From: the human T2T-CHM13v2.0 reference genome, Homo sapiens
Direction: 5' to 3' (one strand)
Assembly (NCBI RefSeq): GCF_009914755.1
Contig: NC_060934.1
DNA: 64,000 nt
Positions 1 through 16,233 of this stretch are shown piece after piece. The position numbers and the translations under genes are program-made. Numbering within the stretch: position 1 is the stretch's first letter; each line of letters opens with the position of its first letter. The notes beneath the pieces were generated by a model that was not told the origin of the DNA, did not search any database, and saw only the letters and a program-made list of their open reading frames with translations.

Positions 1-299
1 ATTTATTTTAAAAGTTTGCGCATGGGTAAGACTAAATTGTAGAGTTTAAGAAGGCACTCTTGGGTGAAATTATAAAGAAATGCAAGGAAGTTTTGCTATA
101 AAAGTAGCTGAGTTTCTCTTTGAGTATTTCGCTCTAAGTACCACCATTGTCTGTCCAGTCAGACAAGAGGACTCAGGCTGTCACACCCTGAGTGCCCAGT
201 GAAGCTGGAGCTGAACCCCAGGCCATCCTGTTTCCACTACACCGATGCTAGCATTCACAAGGGAATAGAGCACCATGACTGGCTTAGACGAATGACAAT

Positions 300-648
300 C
301 CCAGCCAATAAAACTTGACGAGGCGTCTGCTGGGAGCTGCTGGGAAGGTTTTCCTCACCCTTACAAAGGGACATGAAGAAGAAACACCTCCTCCTCAGGC
401 CAACATTGTGTGATGCCTGGAGCTGGGGCAGCAATTTTGCAACCTCGAGGGAAATGACTGCCACGGTGAGAATGGCAAGGCTGAAAGAAAGAACCCAGGT
501 TATTGGTGACAATGCTGAGCTTCTGGATTCACCACCCTGGACATGCCCTTCCCCTGATATTTTTGTGGCCTATAAAGATGAAAGCCCTCATTGTTTACAC
601 TGGTCCTGGATGAGTTTTCTATTACTTGCAACCAAAAGCCACCTACAA
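300..648 (+). mobile_element. Old MaLR LTR fragment (MLT1J/K-like)
   Basis: tgtgatgcctggagctg...gcaattttgcaacc and terminal ttttctattacttgcaaccaaaagc resemble old MLT1 3' ends. Confidence 0.55.
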
Positions 649-739
649 GGGACAGCTCACGCTTCCTGAGCAACTGCTGGCTAGCAGGCACCGAGTCACA
701 GACCTTAGTACTCTCTCATTATTCCCACTCACCGCTTAG

Positions 740-877
740 GAGCTGGAAGTCATGACCCCATTTTATAGCTGAGGAAGCTGAGACCCAGAGATCAACAGGG
801 ACTCGCTGTGTCACACACTGAGTGCCCAGTGGAGCTGGAACTGAAGCCCAGGACATTCTCTTTCCACTACACCAATG
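740..877. mobile_element. MIR SINE (other MIR cores near 1215-1345, 6525-6665, 7880-8015, 23150-23390, 25200-25400, 32370-32450, 41270-41440)
   Basis: MIR core ccccattttatagctgaggaagctgagacccagaga. Confidence 0.65.
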
Positions 878-1344
878 GTGGTGATAGATTTCATCACTAT
901 GCCCATTGGAACTCTCCGCTACAAGTGCAAGGAAGGGGAACTAGGCCAGCCCAAGCCACAGGGTATCCAGGAACTCAGAATCAGTCTCTCTCTCTCTCTC
1001 TCTCTCCCGCCAGCTCTCTGTCTCTCTCCCATCATTGCATGCTCCATACTCTCAGGCCAGCTGCCCCACTAGGCTAGAAGTATGGCCACCAGCAACCCTA
1101 GTCTCACATCCCAATAGCCAAGGGACAAAAAGGACAGCAGTCTCACTTTCCCCAGCTCGAGTTTTATTGGCCAACCTTGGGCCACATACCCCTGCCTTGG
1201 GCTAATCATGTGAGTCTGAATTCTGGGTGCTACTTCCTGGTCTGTGGCTTGGACTATTCAAGCTCTCTAAGACTCAGTTTGCCCATCCTTAAACAAGGAT
1301 AATAATAATCGTACCTACTTCATTGGGTTTTTGGGGGGATCATT

Positions 1345-1640
1345 CATTGATTTAATGAATACTTATTGCAGCCAATTCTGTGCCAGGCAGTGTGTTAGGT
1401 GTTGAAGCTACAGTAGAGGACAGAGACCCAATCGCTGCCCTCGTGGAGTTAATAGTCTAGCGAGAAAGACAGATGTTACATAAATAAACACATGAACGAT
1501 TCTCTCTATTACAACTATGAGAAGTGTTTTAAAAGTACAGAGTTCCACTGGAGAGAGGGAAAGGAGACCTAGCTCAGGTCAAATGAGTAACATTTAAAGA
1601 GCCCAACACTGGGCTTGGCACGACTTAGCTTTCAGTCTAT
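1345..1640. mobile_element. L2 LINE fragment (others near 2640-2760, 3085-3450, 4890-5160)
   Basis: cattcatt...tgtgccaggcagtgtgttaggtg...ccctcgtggagttaatagtctag L2 3'-end signature. Confidence 0.6.
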
Positions 1641-2781
1641 GTAGCTATCATATAGTTTTTACTCGGCATCCTCCCAACCCTCTGGCCTCCCCACAGCCAC
1701 TTCCCACAGGGAGAGGAGCTGAGTGACTTGGCTGCCCTGCAGCCAATTACAAGCTTCCTAGGGGACAGACAGCAAGTGTGGCACATGCGTTGGGACAGCA
1801 GCGGTACAGCAGGTCCCAGGGAAGCGCAATGCTGGTGGGCGGCACACACCCAGCTGATGACATCGCCACTTATTGGGAGCAGCCTTTCCTGGGCTCCAGC
1901 TGAAGACCCAACCAGGAGGCCTGCAGAGGCCCCAGTGGCTTCTCAGGTTCCAGGGTCTCCCAAGCTCCTTCGGCTGGCTCTGCATGGAACCCTAAAATGC
2001 ACTGCCGAACAAGTGACTTGCCTTTCACCATTGCCAGGCTCTGCCATCATGAGCCTCAACTCCCTAGCCTCAGGGACAAGGGTCCTGCCCCTACCCCTGC
2101 CCCAAGGCACCGTGCTGTATAATCACTTCCTAGTGACCGTTTGCAAACCTCTTTGTGATCCAGGGATGTGTCTGTGGAACATACTCTGTCCCCAGCAGGG
2201 CCCTATACAGCTCCTTCCCACCTCTCTTGTGCAGAGGCACTGTTTCTTCAGGGAAGAAGGGCCAAGAAGCTGCCACATCGGATCACTGCCACAAACACTG
2301 GCTCCGTTCCCGCCCCCATCACCACTGCCCTGGCCTGAGCTCAAGCCCCCATGGGACCCCAGTGCCAGCCCATCTGGCTACCCGGCCTCCAGGGTCTCCC
2401 TTCCAACATGAGACAGCCAGAGGGGCTGCCTGGAGCACATGCCACTCCTCCATTTGAGCACCTTCAATGGCTCCCTGGATCTGCACCATCCGGCCAGTCC
2501 CCTAATGTTGCCACAAGGCCCTTGTGATGTGGCCCTTGCCTAACATTTCCAACTGTATGTTCTCAGCCAGCCAACTATATGCACAGAGTTTGCCTGGAAC
2601 ATGATACATGTTTGTCAAACACGTGTCCCCTTCTGCATTAATTTACTATGTGCCAGGCTCTGTGTGTGGCTCTGGGATGCAGTGGTAAGCCACACGGACA
2701 TAGTCTCTGCCCTCAGAGAGTTCACAGTCTAGTACAGGAGGCAGACTGCAATGAAACAAAAGCAATCACAAGAGCTTATCA

Positions 2782-3082
2782 GGGCAGGGTGTGGTGGCTC
2801 ATTCCTATAATCCCAGCACTTTGGGATGCTGAGGCAATCGGATCGCTTGAGCCCAGAATTCAAGACCAGCCTGGGAAACATAATGAAACACCCTCTCTAC
2901 TAAAAATACAAAAATTAGCCGGGCGTGGTGTCATGTGCCTGTAGTCCCAGCTACTTGGGAGGATGAGGTGGGAGGATCACTTGAGCCTGGGAGGCCAAGC
3001 TGCAGTAAGCTGTGTTCATGCCACTGCACTCCAGCCTCAACAGAGTGAGACCCTGTCTCAAAAAAATAATTAATTAAAAAAA
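2782..3082 (+). mobile_element. Alu (AluJ-like)
   Basis: Dimeric Alu with A-tail and TSD aagag(c/t)ttat. Confidence 0.9.
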
Positions 3083-4084
3083 GAGTTTATAGTTACAAAT
3101 TATAGTGAGAGCTATGAAGGACCCATCCATGAAGGATGGAGAGTATTAGAGAAGTGTGACTTTGCCTGGGAGTCAGCAGCTCCCCTGAGATGACACCAAC
3201 CTGACATCAGATGAATGAGTAGTCACCATCCAGGTGAGGGGTTTGGGGGTGGAGGGAGAGTGTCCCTGATGCTGAGGCCAGAGAGCACCCACAGGCTCTG
3301 GGATCTGGAAGCCTGGGGGCAGGTGGGCCCTAGGGATCCCAGGGCTGTGAGTGGAGATGCAGATGGGGCATGATCCCCCTGAACCGAGGAGGGATGGGAA
3401 TGAAAACAGGGAAGCCTGGTGAGTGATGCTGGGGGTTTGGACTGATGTCATCACAGTAGAAATGCCAAGTCAAAGGGGACTTTTTAATTGAACTTTTTTA
3501 TTATGGAATTTTAAAAAATAAATAAATGTAGACAGAACAGTACCATGAACTCCTGAACCCCTCATCCAGCAGCATCCACAACAGCTGACCCACAGCCAAG
3601 CTTTTCTCAGCTATACCCCACCCACGCTCCTTACCCCAAATGTATGATGCCGAAACAAATCCCAGATTTGTTTGCTGTGTAGTTCACCCATGGATATTTC
3701 AGTATGTATCTCTACAACAAAAGGACTGTTTTTAACATAACCGCATTATCACACCTAAAAAATAAATGATAACACAAGGGGAAATGTCTGAGGCTTGATA
3801 TTTATTGCCAAACTACCCAGAAAAGCCCCCCGCCGACCCCAAGCAGGTGTGAGGGTCCCCATCTCACTACACACTTGCCAACACTGGGAGTTACAAGAGA
3901 TGGATTTCTACAAGAGGCTCACCCCAAAACCGAGGAGCTAACCCTTAAATTCCAGGTTCACTTAATTAAAATGAGGCAGCCACAGAAACACTTTCTGTGG
4001 AAATCTCTCTCACACATCCAATGGCCACTTGTGAGCGGCCAGCGATTGGGGGTTGTAGAGACAGGAGGTGGTGAGCCCAGCAAC

Positions 4085-4219
4085 CCCTGCCAGCTCCCCA
4101 GGGTGGGCCCAGTACCGGTTCATGGAGTACCCTGCCGGCTCCCCAGGGTGGGCCAAGTGTGGGTTCACAGAGCACCCTGCTGGCTCCCCAGGGCGGGCCA
4201 AGTGCGGGTTCATGGAGCA
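4085..4219. repeat. GC-rich minisatellite, 3 x 45 bp
   Basis: Units ccctgc(c/t)(a/g)gctccccaggg(t/c)gggcc... start at 4085, 4130 and 4175. Confidence 0.92.
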
Positions 4220-5339
4220 GGGCCCCTGCCCATCCTTCATCTCCCACATCTGCCCTCAGCCAATGGGGCAGACTGAGAAAGGGTTTCCTTAGGACCCAAG
4301 GGTTTCCAGAAACAACCCACCAGAGCCAGAGAGGGAAGGACCAGCAGGTGTTCCCTCCTATGGCAAGCACATGCCCCTTCAGAGCTCAAAGGGTTTCTGT
4401 TTGAGCTGAAACCTAGGGACTCACTGCCTTGCCTCTCCTCAGACCTGTGCCCCCCCTACAGTGACTCATGGGCGTCCCATTCAGTCAGGAACCTAGAATA
4501 TTAAAAGATCTACAAGCCAGATAGGTGAGTTTTCAGGTTCAGAAAGCAGTTTCATCTTTCTAGTAAGATGGAGGCAGCCACAGTTCCAGAACTCTCTGCG
4601 CAGTTCCCTAACCTTTCTGAGCTGTGGTCTTTACCTAATCAGGTTTGACTTCCTGCTACAGTCTCCTACTCTCAGTCCAGAATAGAGGCGGCAACCAGGC
4701 ATGGTGGTACGTGCCTGTGGTCCCAGCTACTCAGAAGGCTGAGGTGGGAGGATCGCCTGAGCCCTGGGAGTTCAAGGTTGTAGTGAGCTGTCATCGCACC
4801 ACTGCACTCCAGCCCAGGTGAGAACCTATCTCTAAAAAAATTAAAAATAGAGACAGCTGTCCTTCCTGCAAGCCAGCCAGCCAGACACTGAGTCTTTGCT
4901 GTGTTCCAGGCACCCTGCTAAGCCAGGGAGATGCAAGGGTGAATAGGAACTGATCCCTTCCCTGCAGGAGCTCACCATCTCTAAGAAAAGCAGTCACATA
5001 AACACTGTGCAACGTGACCAGGGCTCCAGAAGAGATGCGTTCATGCTGCTGTGGGAATTCAGCTAGTGGAGCCAAGAGCTCTGCCTGGAGAGAGAAGGCT
5101 TCTAGGGGGCGGGATCTTAAAAGCTGGGGCTTGAATGACACTGGGGAAAGTCAAGGTGGGGGAAATCATCTCCTGGACAGGACATGAACTAACACTCTTT
5201 GGATTCAAGCAGCAGAACATCTTTTCATACACTTACTGGACATTTGTACGTCTTATTTGAAGTAATGTCTATTCATATCCTTGCCCATTTTTAAATTGGG
5301 TTATTTGTTTTTTTTTATTGTTGAGTTGTAAGAATTCTT

Positions 5340-5653
<314 letters not shown>

Positions 5654-5759
5654 CTACTCCCTTGTCAGATATATAAGTTGCAAATATTTTCTTCCATTTT
5701 GTGAGTCTCAATATCCTTTCATACCTTTTGAATCTGGTGCCATATACATATACTAGCTA

Positions 5760-6305
<546 letters not shown>

Positions 6306-6735
6306 CTCCAGGAATGATGAGCTTCTGAAATGTCTGGAGGGCATTTTCTTTCCTTCCTTTCAACATTCACTCAACAATTTGCTGGGGGCCTCCTCTGGTC
6401 CCAGCCCTATGCTCAGACTATAAATGACATAGCAGGGGTTGGGCCCTTGGTCACTGTCTCAGGCTTAGGGTTTAGAGACATGAGAAACAGAAATGGCTGC
6501 CATGGCCACCACTGCTAAAACAGAATGACCCAGTGAAAAGAGCACTGGGCAGGGAGTCTGGGGTACCTGACTTCTAGTCCAGGTTTGCCGCTAGCACCCA
6601 TGTGACAGAAGTGGGGACACTGTGCTTCTCTAGGCTCAGATTCCTCATCCTTGAAACAGAATGGAAGCTCCAGGATGGCGAGGACCAATGGTGGACCAAG
6701 GCTAGGGGGTGATGAGGGGGTACGTTGTGGAATCA

Positions 6736-7071
<336 letters not shown>

Positions 7072-7538
7072 TCATTTGTCTCTGAAGAAGTTTTTAAATA
7101 ATTAACTAATAGTTGGTCTCCTTTTTGTTATCACAATACACCTGCTGTTCTAAACAATGCCAGTAAGAAAATACTCATCCAAAAAAAAAAAAATCCTTGT
7201 TTTGCCTGAGTTCTAAATAATTACTACAGTTACTATTAGGTTTTCATAATGTACGTGTAAGCTTTAAATTAGCAATTTTAAAATTATTTATCTTTTAGTA
7301 AACATTGTATTCTACATGGACGTTAACTTGGAGTACTCCGTTCTACAGTTGTACCCAGACACACACAGACCCAACTACCTGTGATTTTTCTAGGGTAAGT
7401 ATGTAGTGGCTTGGAATCTTTCAAGCTCACTTCTGGCAGAATGATTAAAATTTAAACAAATAAATCAAAGACAGAGAAATTTAAGTCCCCACCAACCCCG
7501 TCTCTTAACACTTGATGCATTGAACCAGGGAAGCTCAC

Positions 7539-7556
7539 CTGCGCCATCTAGTGGTA
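7539..7556 (-). promoter_or_regulatory. Strong CTCF motif
   Basis: Minus strand TACCACTAGATGGCGCAG matches the core CCASYAGRKGGCRS with no mismatch; an upstream-module-like CTGTAATCAC precedes it. Confidence 0.75.
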
Positions 7557-8427
7557 GAAATGGTGATTACAGGCACGTGTGGCTGGACATTCTCATCCCT
7601 GCGGGCAGCTCTTGTCCCACAGGAGTAGGGGGCACAGGGCTATGGAGCGCTTGAAATGCGACTCATCCGAATTGAGATGGGCTGAAGGTGTAACATGCAT
7701 ACTGAATCTCTAAGACTTAGTATGAAAAATAATGTAAAGTAGCTCTTTAACAATGGATTATACTGATTACATATTGGTTTTCTATTGATTACACATTCAA
7801 ATGATAATATTGGGGGTGAGGGAAGCCTCGGGAAGGTTTAATCAGACAAGTCAGCCCCAAGGCTATTGCATCCTAGGTCCACCTAGATCACAACGAGCAA
7901 GTTCCTTCACTTCTCAAGGCCTTAGTTCCCTCATCCTTAAAAATGGATGGGTGATACCGACATCACGAGACTATGATGATTAAATGCGATAAGGCATACA
8001 AATGCCTAAGACATTTACGCTCAGGAGAAATTGGTTTCCTTTCTGTCAGAGCTAATCAAAATGGCAGAAAAACTAGAGTAGGCAGCCTCCTGGGGGCACT
8101 CTCAGAGGGTCTGGATTTATTTCCCTTTTTCCCCTTTGGCACTATGCTGCAGGTGTGTGGCCCAGGCAATCAGCCCTCCTAATTGTGGAGGACCAGCTCC
8201 AGCTGCCGCCCTCCTGGGCCCCTGCCCGCCTCGGCGGCCACTGTGTGCACAGCACCAGGCGCCAGCTCGTGAGCTTGCTCTCATCCTGTGGGCCAAGGCC
8301 CAATCCCACCTTTCTGCCTGGGGGTCTTCCCAGCCACACCAGCCCCTCCACTTCCCGCAGTGGGCGGCCTCCCTGTATCCACACCCACCACAGGGCACAA
8401 ACCGCACACCCACTGCCACCTCTGCAT

Positions 8428-8598
8428 CAGTGGTTCTGTGTCATGCTGGACCAACAGTATCAGCATCAGCTGGGAACCAATGAGAAATGCAAGTTCCTGG
8501 GCCTCAGACCTGCATCAGAGACTCCAGGGGTAAGGCCCGGCCATGCTTCAGAAAGACTTCTAGGTGACTTGGCTGCCTGGTCAGTTTGAGAACCAGTG
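8428..8598. mobile_element. MER5A-like hAT MITE
   Basis: Terminal inverted repeats cagtggttct...agaaccagtg; internal catcagctggga...agaaatgcaa. Confidence 0.75.
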
Positions 8599-8616
8599 CC
8601 CTATCAGCCCTCACAG

Positions 8617-10135
<1,519 letters not shown>

Positions 10136-10997
10136 ACACCTGTTTATCCAAAGTACTGCCTAGAAGTCATTTTGGGGAAACGATGCCTGCAGTGTAGCCT
10201 GACTCTCTCACAACACACTCTATCCTACCCTTTCCTGTCTACCCCTCAGGGCTTCCATTTCCCTCCTCCTCTCATCTGCAGCCCCGACTCTTGACAGCCC
10301 TACCTTCCTGGACCATCCAGCACCTCCCTTCCATCAACCCCCCACCCAAGACTCTGACATCCCTGACGACTCCCTGTGAAACATCACCAGCTAAATAAAT
10401 ACACACGGAATGAATGAACTCTGGGCCCTCAAAACATCCACCTCTGCCCCACAGCGCCCCAAGCCCCCGTCCTTATGTAACTCGTCTCTAAGTAACAGCT
10501 CCAGGAAGTGTCCCTGGACCTCCCGTACACATCTTTCCGGGCCTCCGCCCACCCACCCTTCCACCTTACTTTCCCACCCTCACCAAAGGCCTCGTATGTG
10601 CCAGGCATTGCACTAGGTAGTGTGGAAACAGAATATAAAGAACAGCTCTGGCCTTCAAGGAACTCAGATTCCCATAAGCCAGAACCAGTCTTCTTATTCC
10701 TGCTATTGCTCCCAGAAACATGTCACAAGCATCCTCCTTTGTCCACATCAGAACACCTGGAAACACAGGGTCAGCCAGAGTGGGAGGCATGGTCAGCACA
10801 CCAACTGTGAGTTAGCAGGGGTTTAATAACAAAAGCCATCTCCAGTGACAGAAATGAAATCACTGGCAGCCTGGGGCAGGGGCATGGGGAACTGACTGCA
10901 AAGTGGCATGAGAGAACTTTCTGGACTGACGGAAATGTACATCTTAATTGGGGTGGTGGTTACAGAGACGTATATGTTTGTCAAAACTTATCGAACT

Positions 10998-11293
10998 GGC
11001 CGGGCGCAATGGTTCATACCTGTAATCCCAGCACTTTGGGAGGCCACGGCGGGCAGATCACTAGAGGTCAGGAGTTCGAGACCAGCCTTGCCAATATGGT
11101 GAAATCCCCATCTCTACTAAAAATGCAAAAATTAGCTGGGCATGGTGGCGCTTGCCTGTAATCCCACCTACTTGGGAGGCTGAGGTACGAGAATCACTTG
11201 AAACCAGGAGGCGAGGAGGCTGCAGTGAGCCGAGATTGCGCCACTACACTCCAGCTTGGGCGGCAGAGTGAGACTCAGTCTCAAAAAAAAAAA
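10998..11293 (+). mobile_element. AluS-like element inside an L1M 3' fragment (~10840-11325)
   Basis: Alu consensus; TSD-like aaaacttatcgaact / aaaatgtatcaaact. Confidence 0.85.
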
Positions 11294-12224
11294 TGTATCA
11301 AACTATATGCTTAATAGAGTTAATTTAAAAAGAGATAGACTCAAGTCCCCCACACTGCCCCTCACTAATGCATCAACTGGGCCTAAGTCGCCATCTTTCT
11401 GAAACTGTTTCTCTAACACATGGTTTGTGGGCTAGTTCAATGATTTTCAAGCCACTTATTTAAACAAAATCTTACTCTAAACCAGGTAAAAGGGAGCTCC
11501 CTGGCTGAAGAGGATGCGGAGAATCAGGTGCTGTCCTTCTGACCCCCTTCCCCTCCTCACAGTAACCCTGGCGGCACTGCATAAACCTATCTGAAACCAT
11601 TGGGATCCATTGTCTCTAAGGTCCCAAATAGCAATGACCGTCTTTGATTCTATGTCTCTGCTAAAGATTTGCTTCAGACTAAATATATCCCCTTTTCCTC
11701 CACACCAGATGGTTCTATATTCCTCCCCATGTGGAAAGAGTAGGTTTTCATGCTCCCATGGAAGAGGGAAGCAGAGACAAGAAAGAAGGCCATGTCTCTC
11801 CTCTCCATTCTCCTCTTCCTAGGTCATGTCACAAAGCACATACGGCGGGTGTTTAAGAAGGGGCTACAATATAAGACCTCTCATTAATGGCCAATTTTGG
11901 TTACATCAAAGTACTTATTAAAGCCTGGATCACTGGGTCATTAGATGTCCATTAAATCCTCATGGCTCTTCATCAGAGAGGCAGAAGGCCCTGGCCCAAG
12001 GCCTCTAACCTGAGCAGAAAGACTTAGTGGGTCTGTATGCCCAGGGCAGTAGCTCACGGGGGTGGGGTGACATTTTTAGTGTTTGTCCTGTCCTCTGACC
12101 AGCTCTCCCTGCTTCTCCTCCCCAGAGTGGACTAAGGACTAACTAAAGGAAAAAAGATGTGGCCAAGGTTCTGGTGGAGTAGGTTGTTGGGGAGAAAGGA
12201 CAGCGTAGGATTAGAGGCCCAGAG

Positions 12225-12535
12225 GTTCTGGGACAATCACTATATAACATGGGCCACATGTGTAATTTTATATTTTCTAGTTAGCCACATTAAAAAGGTT
12301 AAAAGAAACAGGTAGAATTCATTTTAATGATACATTTTTATTAACCCAACATATTCAAAATCTCATTTCAACATGTCATCAGTGTAAAAAATTATCGAGA
12401 TATTTTTATATTCCTTTTTTCTTCCTACATCTTTGAATTCTGTTATTTCGCACAGCACATCTCAGTTCAGATGGGCCACGTTTCCAGTGCTTAATATGCA
12501 CCTGTGGCCAGAGACGAACGCATTGGGCAGGGCAT
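12225..12535. mobile_element. MER33-like hAT DNA transposon (further fragments near 5766-5817 and 7635-7815)
   Basis: tgtaattttatattttctagttagccacattaaaaagg...gccacgtttccagtgcttaata...tgtggcca signature. Confidence 0.7.
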
Positions 12536-13056
12536 GCAGAAGAGCAGAGAAATGAGGACAGACCCTCCCTAAGCAGTTCCTGCAGGGCGTGGGGAGTGTT
12601 GGCGGAGGTAAGTGAGTGGATGCCCTCCTGCGTCCGAATGCCATTTATCCTCTTCCCGGAAGGCGCGCTTCTTGCTGTCCTCTGGGAGCCACCACTGAGA
12701 GGCTCTGGGAGTGTCCTGTGCAGATCAGCAAGCAGTCAGGAGCTGAGCAGCCCAGCGCCATGCAGAGGATGCCAGCTGGGCTCCTGGGCCAAATGCAGGC
12801 TGCAGAGGGGTCGGGTTTGGCTTCCATGGCATTCTTAAATATCTTGAAGCACTTGTGGTTCTCATTACCTTACATGACCTTCCTGGCTCCTATAGATATT
12901 GGGTTTTGTAACCCCTGCCTAACACCATAGTCCTGGGAGTCCAGCAGCCCTGGATGTTAGGTTGGCCACTTTGTCAGCTACGTTTCTTTGTAACTGACAA
13001 CATACGTTATCAAACTATTCATATGTGTCTTCTATACAATTGGAGATAACAGTACC

Positions 13057-13723
<667 letters not shown>

Positions 13724-14237
13724 ATACCTCACAGAGATGTATGAGTTTAATGAAACAATGAATTAATTGGCTAGCACAGAGCTCAGTAGATAGTAAGTAC
13801 TCAATAAATTAGTTTTTCATTCACAAGAAATTTGAACTCCTTAGAGGCCCTGCTGGAAAAAGGGAAGTACGTGGGCAGAAGGGGCTCCCATCAGCGATCC
13901 CCACTTCTGAACATGAGTGCTGAGGAATGGCTTCTGGGCTCACAATTTTCATTAATTTTTTAGTGTCAAGAAATGTCTTTTCATTCAGGCTGGACACACA
14001 ATAGACTCTAGGATGTTAACAACTTCAAATGGAGTGAAAAGCTATACTGGTTTTTGAGAACTTTCTTAGGTTATTTGCCACATGTACACATGTACACACT
14101 CCACAGGGATTTACAATTTATAAAGCTCTTTTTAATACATGATCTTGTCTGGATTTCAGAGTACATTATATGGAGAAGTAGAGTGGTTGTCAATATCTGT
14201 ATTTTACAGATACGTTGAAACTTAGCAAGATTATGTA

Positions 14238-14304
14238 ATAGGTCGGTGCAAAAGTAATTGTGGCTTTTGCCATTAAAATGCCACATACTTTTGCACCAAC
14301 CTAA
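14238..14304. mobile_element. MADE1 (Hsmar1-derived MITE), internally deleted
   Basis: TAGGTCGGTGCAAAAGTAATTG...TACTTTTGCACCAACCTAA flanked by TA. Confidence 0.9.
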
Positions 14305-14847
14305 TACTTACAGTTCTCATACATTCACATGTAGACAGAGTAACTGAATCCAGACTCCATGGCTGTGGTTCCTGGTGTGGTTTCCTTCCTCTGGCACCAA
14401 CCATCAAACCCATTTTCACCATCCACTGTGAATGTCATCTGGGTCTGAACTATTATGTTCAGCCCTTCAAGTGAACCAGTGGAACTTAGTTGAATGAGAC
14501 CACAGCCTCTTATTTCTAGAAGCTTCTACTGTGAGACTAAGAAATGTGATTATGTAGAGAATGACTAGTAAATAATTCTTAGTTTTTTTTTAATTGAGCT
14601 GAGAGCAAATAAAACACAAATGAGTTTTTTTTAATGGAACTGATGTTTGCTTTTAGGTTGAAACTTCCTAGCTCATCAAATACAACACAATCCCAATGGG
14701 AGAGATTGAGGTTGGATATATCTTCCAAAGAATGCCACTTTCTAAAAAGGATAGTGTTTCCACTGCAACAGTTTCAGTTCCCTGGATAGAATCTTCTGCT
14801 CATGTAAGGACCTCCCTTAACACAGCTATAAAAATAAACAGAATATT

Positions 14848-15028
14848 GCTGGGCATGGTGGTGTGTGCCTGTAGTCCCAGCTACTCAGGGGACTAAGGGA
14901 GGATCACTTGAGCCCAGAAGTGGCTATTCACGGGTGTGATCACAGAACCTGAACTAGCCACCGAATAACCACTGAACTCCTGTCTCCAGCCTGGGTAACA
15001 TATTGAGATCCCCATCTCTAAAAAAACA
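14848..15028 (+). mobile_element. FAM/7SL-derived Alu monomer with internal inversion
   Basis: 5' and 3' ends match FAM; the FAM-specific GTGAATAGCCAC segment is present inverted. Confidence 0.75.
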
Positions 15029-15309
15029 AGAATGAAAGGAGGGAAGGAAGGAAATGAGTAATATTTAACTGCATCAGAGGAATAACCTCTGCTTCTCTCA
15101 TGCTTAGTATGCTAACTTGCTTTTCTTGGTTCTCAAATGATGCAATCTGACAGAGCTGCAGCTTCCTGGTTGAGGGTTATTTTTTCATGCCTATATTTAA
15201 GATGCTTAATTTTGTGATTCATTCTTTATAATTAGATATAATGTTTAGAATATATCCATGTATATCATATTCACATTTTTCCTTTGAGGGCTATTATTTT
15301 CCCCTCTGA

Positions 15310-15666
<357 letters not shown>

Positions 15667-15771
15667 TCAACTGCAACCTTAAATTTGCAATTGCCATGAG
15701 TCAAGAGAGCCCCAGCTGTGTCCATGTGGAAAACTGACATTTCCCCCAAGGTCGGTGTGTGTGTGTATATA

Positions 15772-15806
<35 letters not shown>

Positions 15807-15825
15807 GCATGCCCTGGACCATGTA

Positions 15826-16233
15826 CAGTTGAAAAACATGGGTTTGAACTCCACAGGTCCACTTACAAGCAGATTTTCTTCCATCTCTGCCACTCCTGAG
15901 ATAGCAAGACCAACCCCTCCTCTTCCTCCTCAACCTACTCAATGTGAAGATGATGAGGATGAAGGCCTTTATGATGATCCACTTCCACTTAATGAATAGT
16001 AAATTTATTTTTCCCTTCCTTAGGATTTTCTTAACACTTTCTTTTCTCTAACTTACTTTATTATAAGAATACTATATGAAATACATGTAACATACAAAGC
16101 ATGTGTTAATTGACTTTATGTTATCCATAGGGCTATTAGTAGTTAAGTTTTGGGGAAGCCAAAAGTTATATGTGGATTTTCGACTGTATGGGGGTTGGTG
16201 CCTCTAACCCCAGCACTGTTCGAGGGTCAACTG
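15826..16233 (+). mobile_element. Tigger2a (MER28)-like DNA transposon, preceded by a (TG)/(TA) microsatellite at 15755-15806
   Basis: gggtttgaact...gcaagaccaacccctcctcttcctcctc...gatccacttccacttaatgaatag...gagggtcaactg. Confidence 0.85.

Larger units (their letters stand above)
179..877 (+). repeat. Dispersed 69-bp direct repeat pair (179-247 and 809-877)
   Basis: 61/69 identical, ungapped, by hand alignment. Confidence 0.85.

Noticed and set aside
1728-2411. 227-aa ORF in GC-rich unique DNA
   Set aside because: Starts at TTG, has no recognisable domain or splice support; such lengths arise by chance in GC-rich sequence.
3875-4404. Overlapping ORFs with 15-aa repeats, or a CRISPR-like array
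   Set aside because: Explained by the 45-bp minisatellite; units are contiguous with no spacers, and the DNA is eukaryotic.
14848-15028. 7SL (RN7SL) RNA gene or full pseudogene
   Set aside because: The S-domain is absent; it fits a FAM monomer with a rearrangement.
15718-15999. ORF ending in an acidic tail (EDDEDEGLYDDPLPLNE)
   Set aside because: Microsatellite plus a Tigger2a-like remnant; non-autonomous element.
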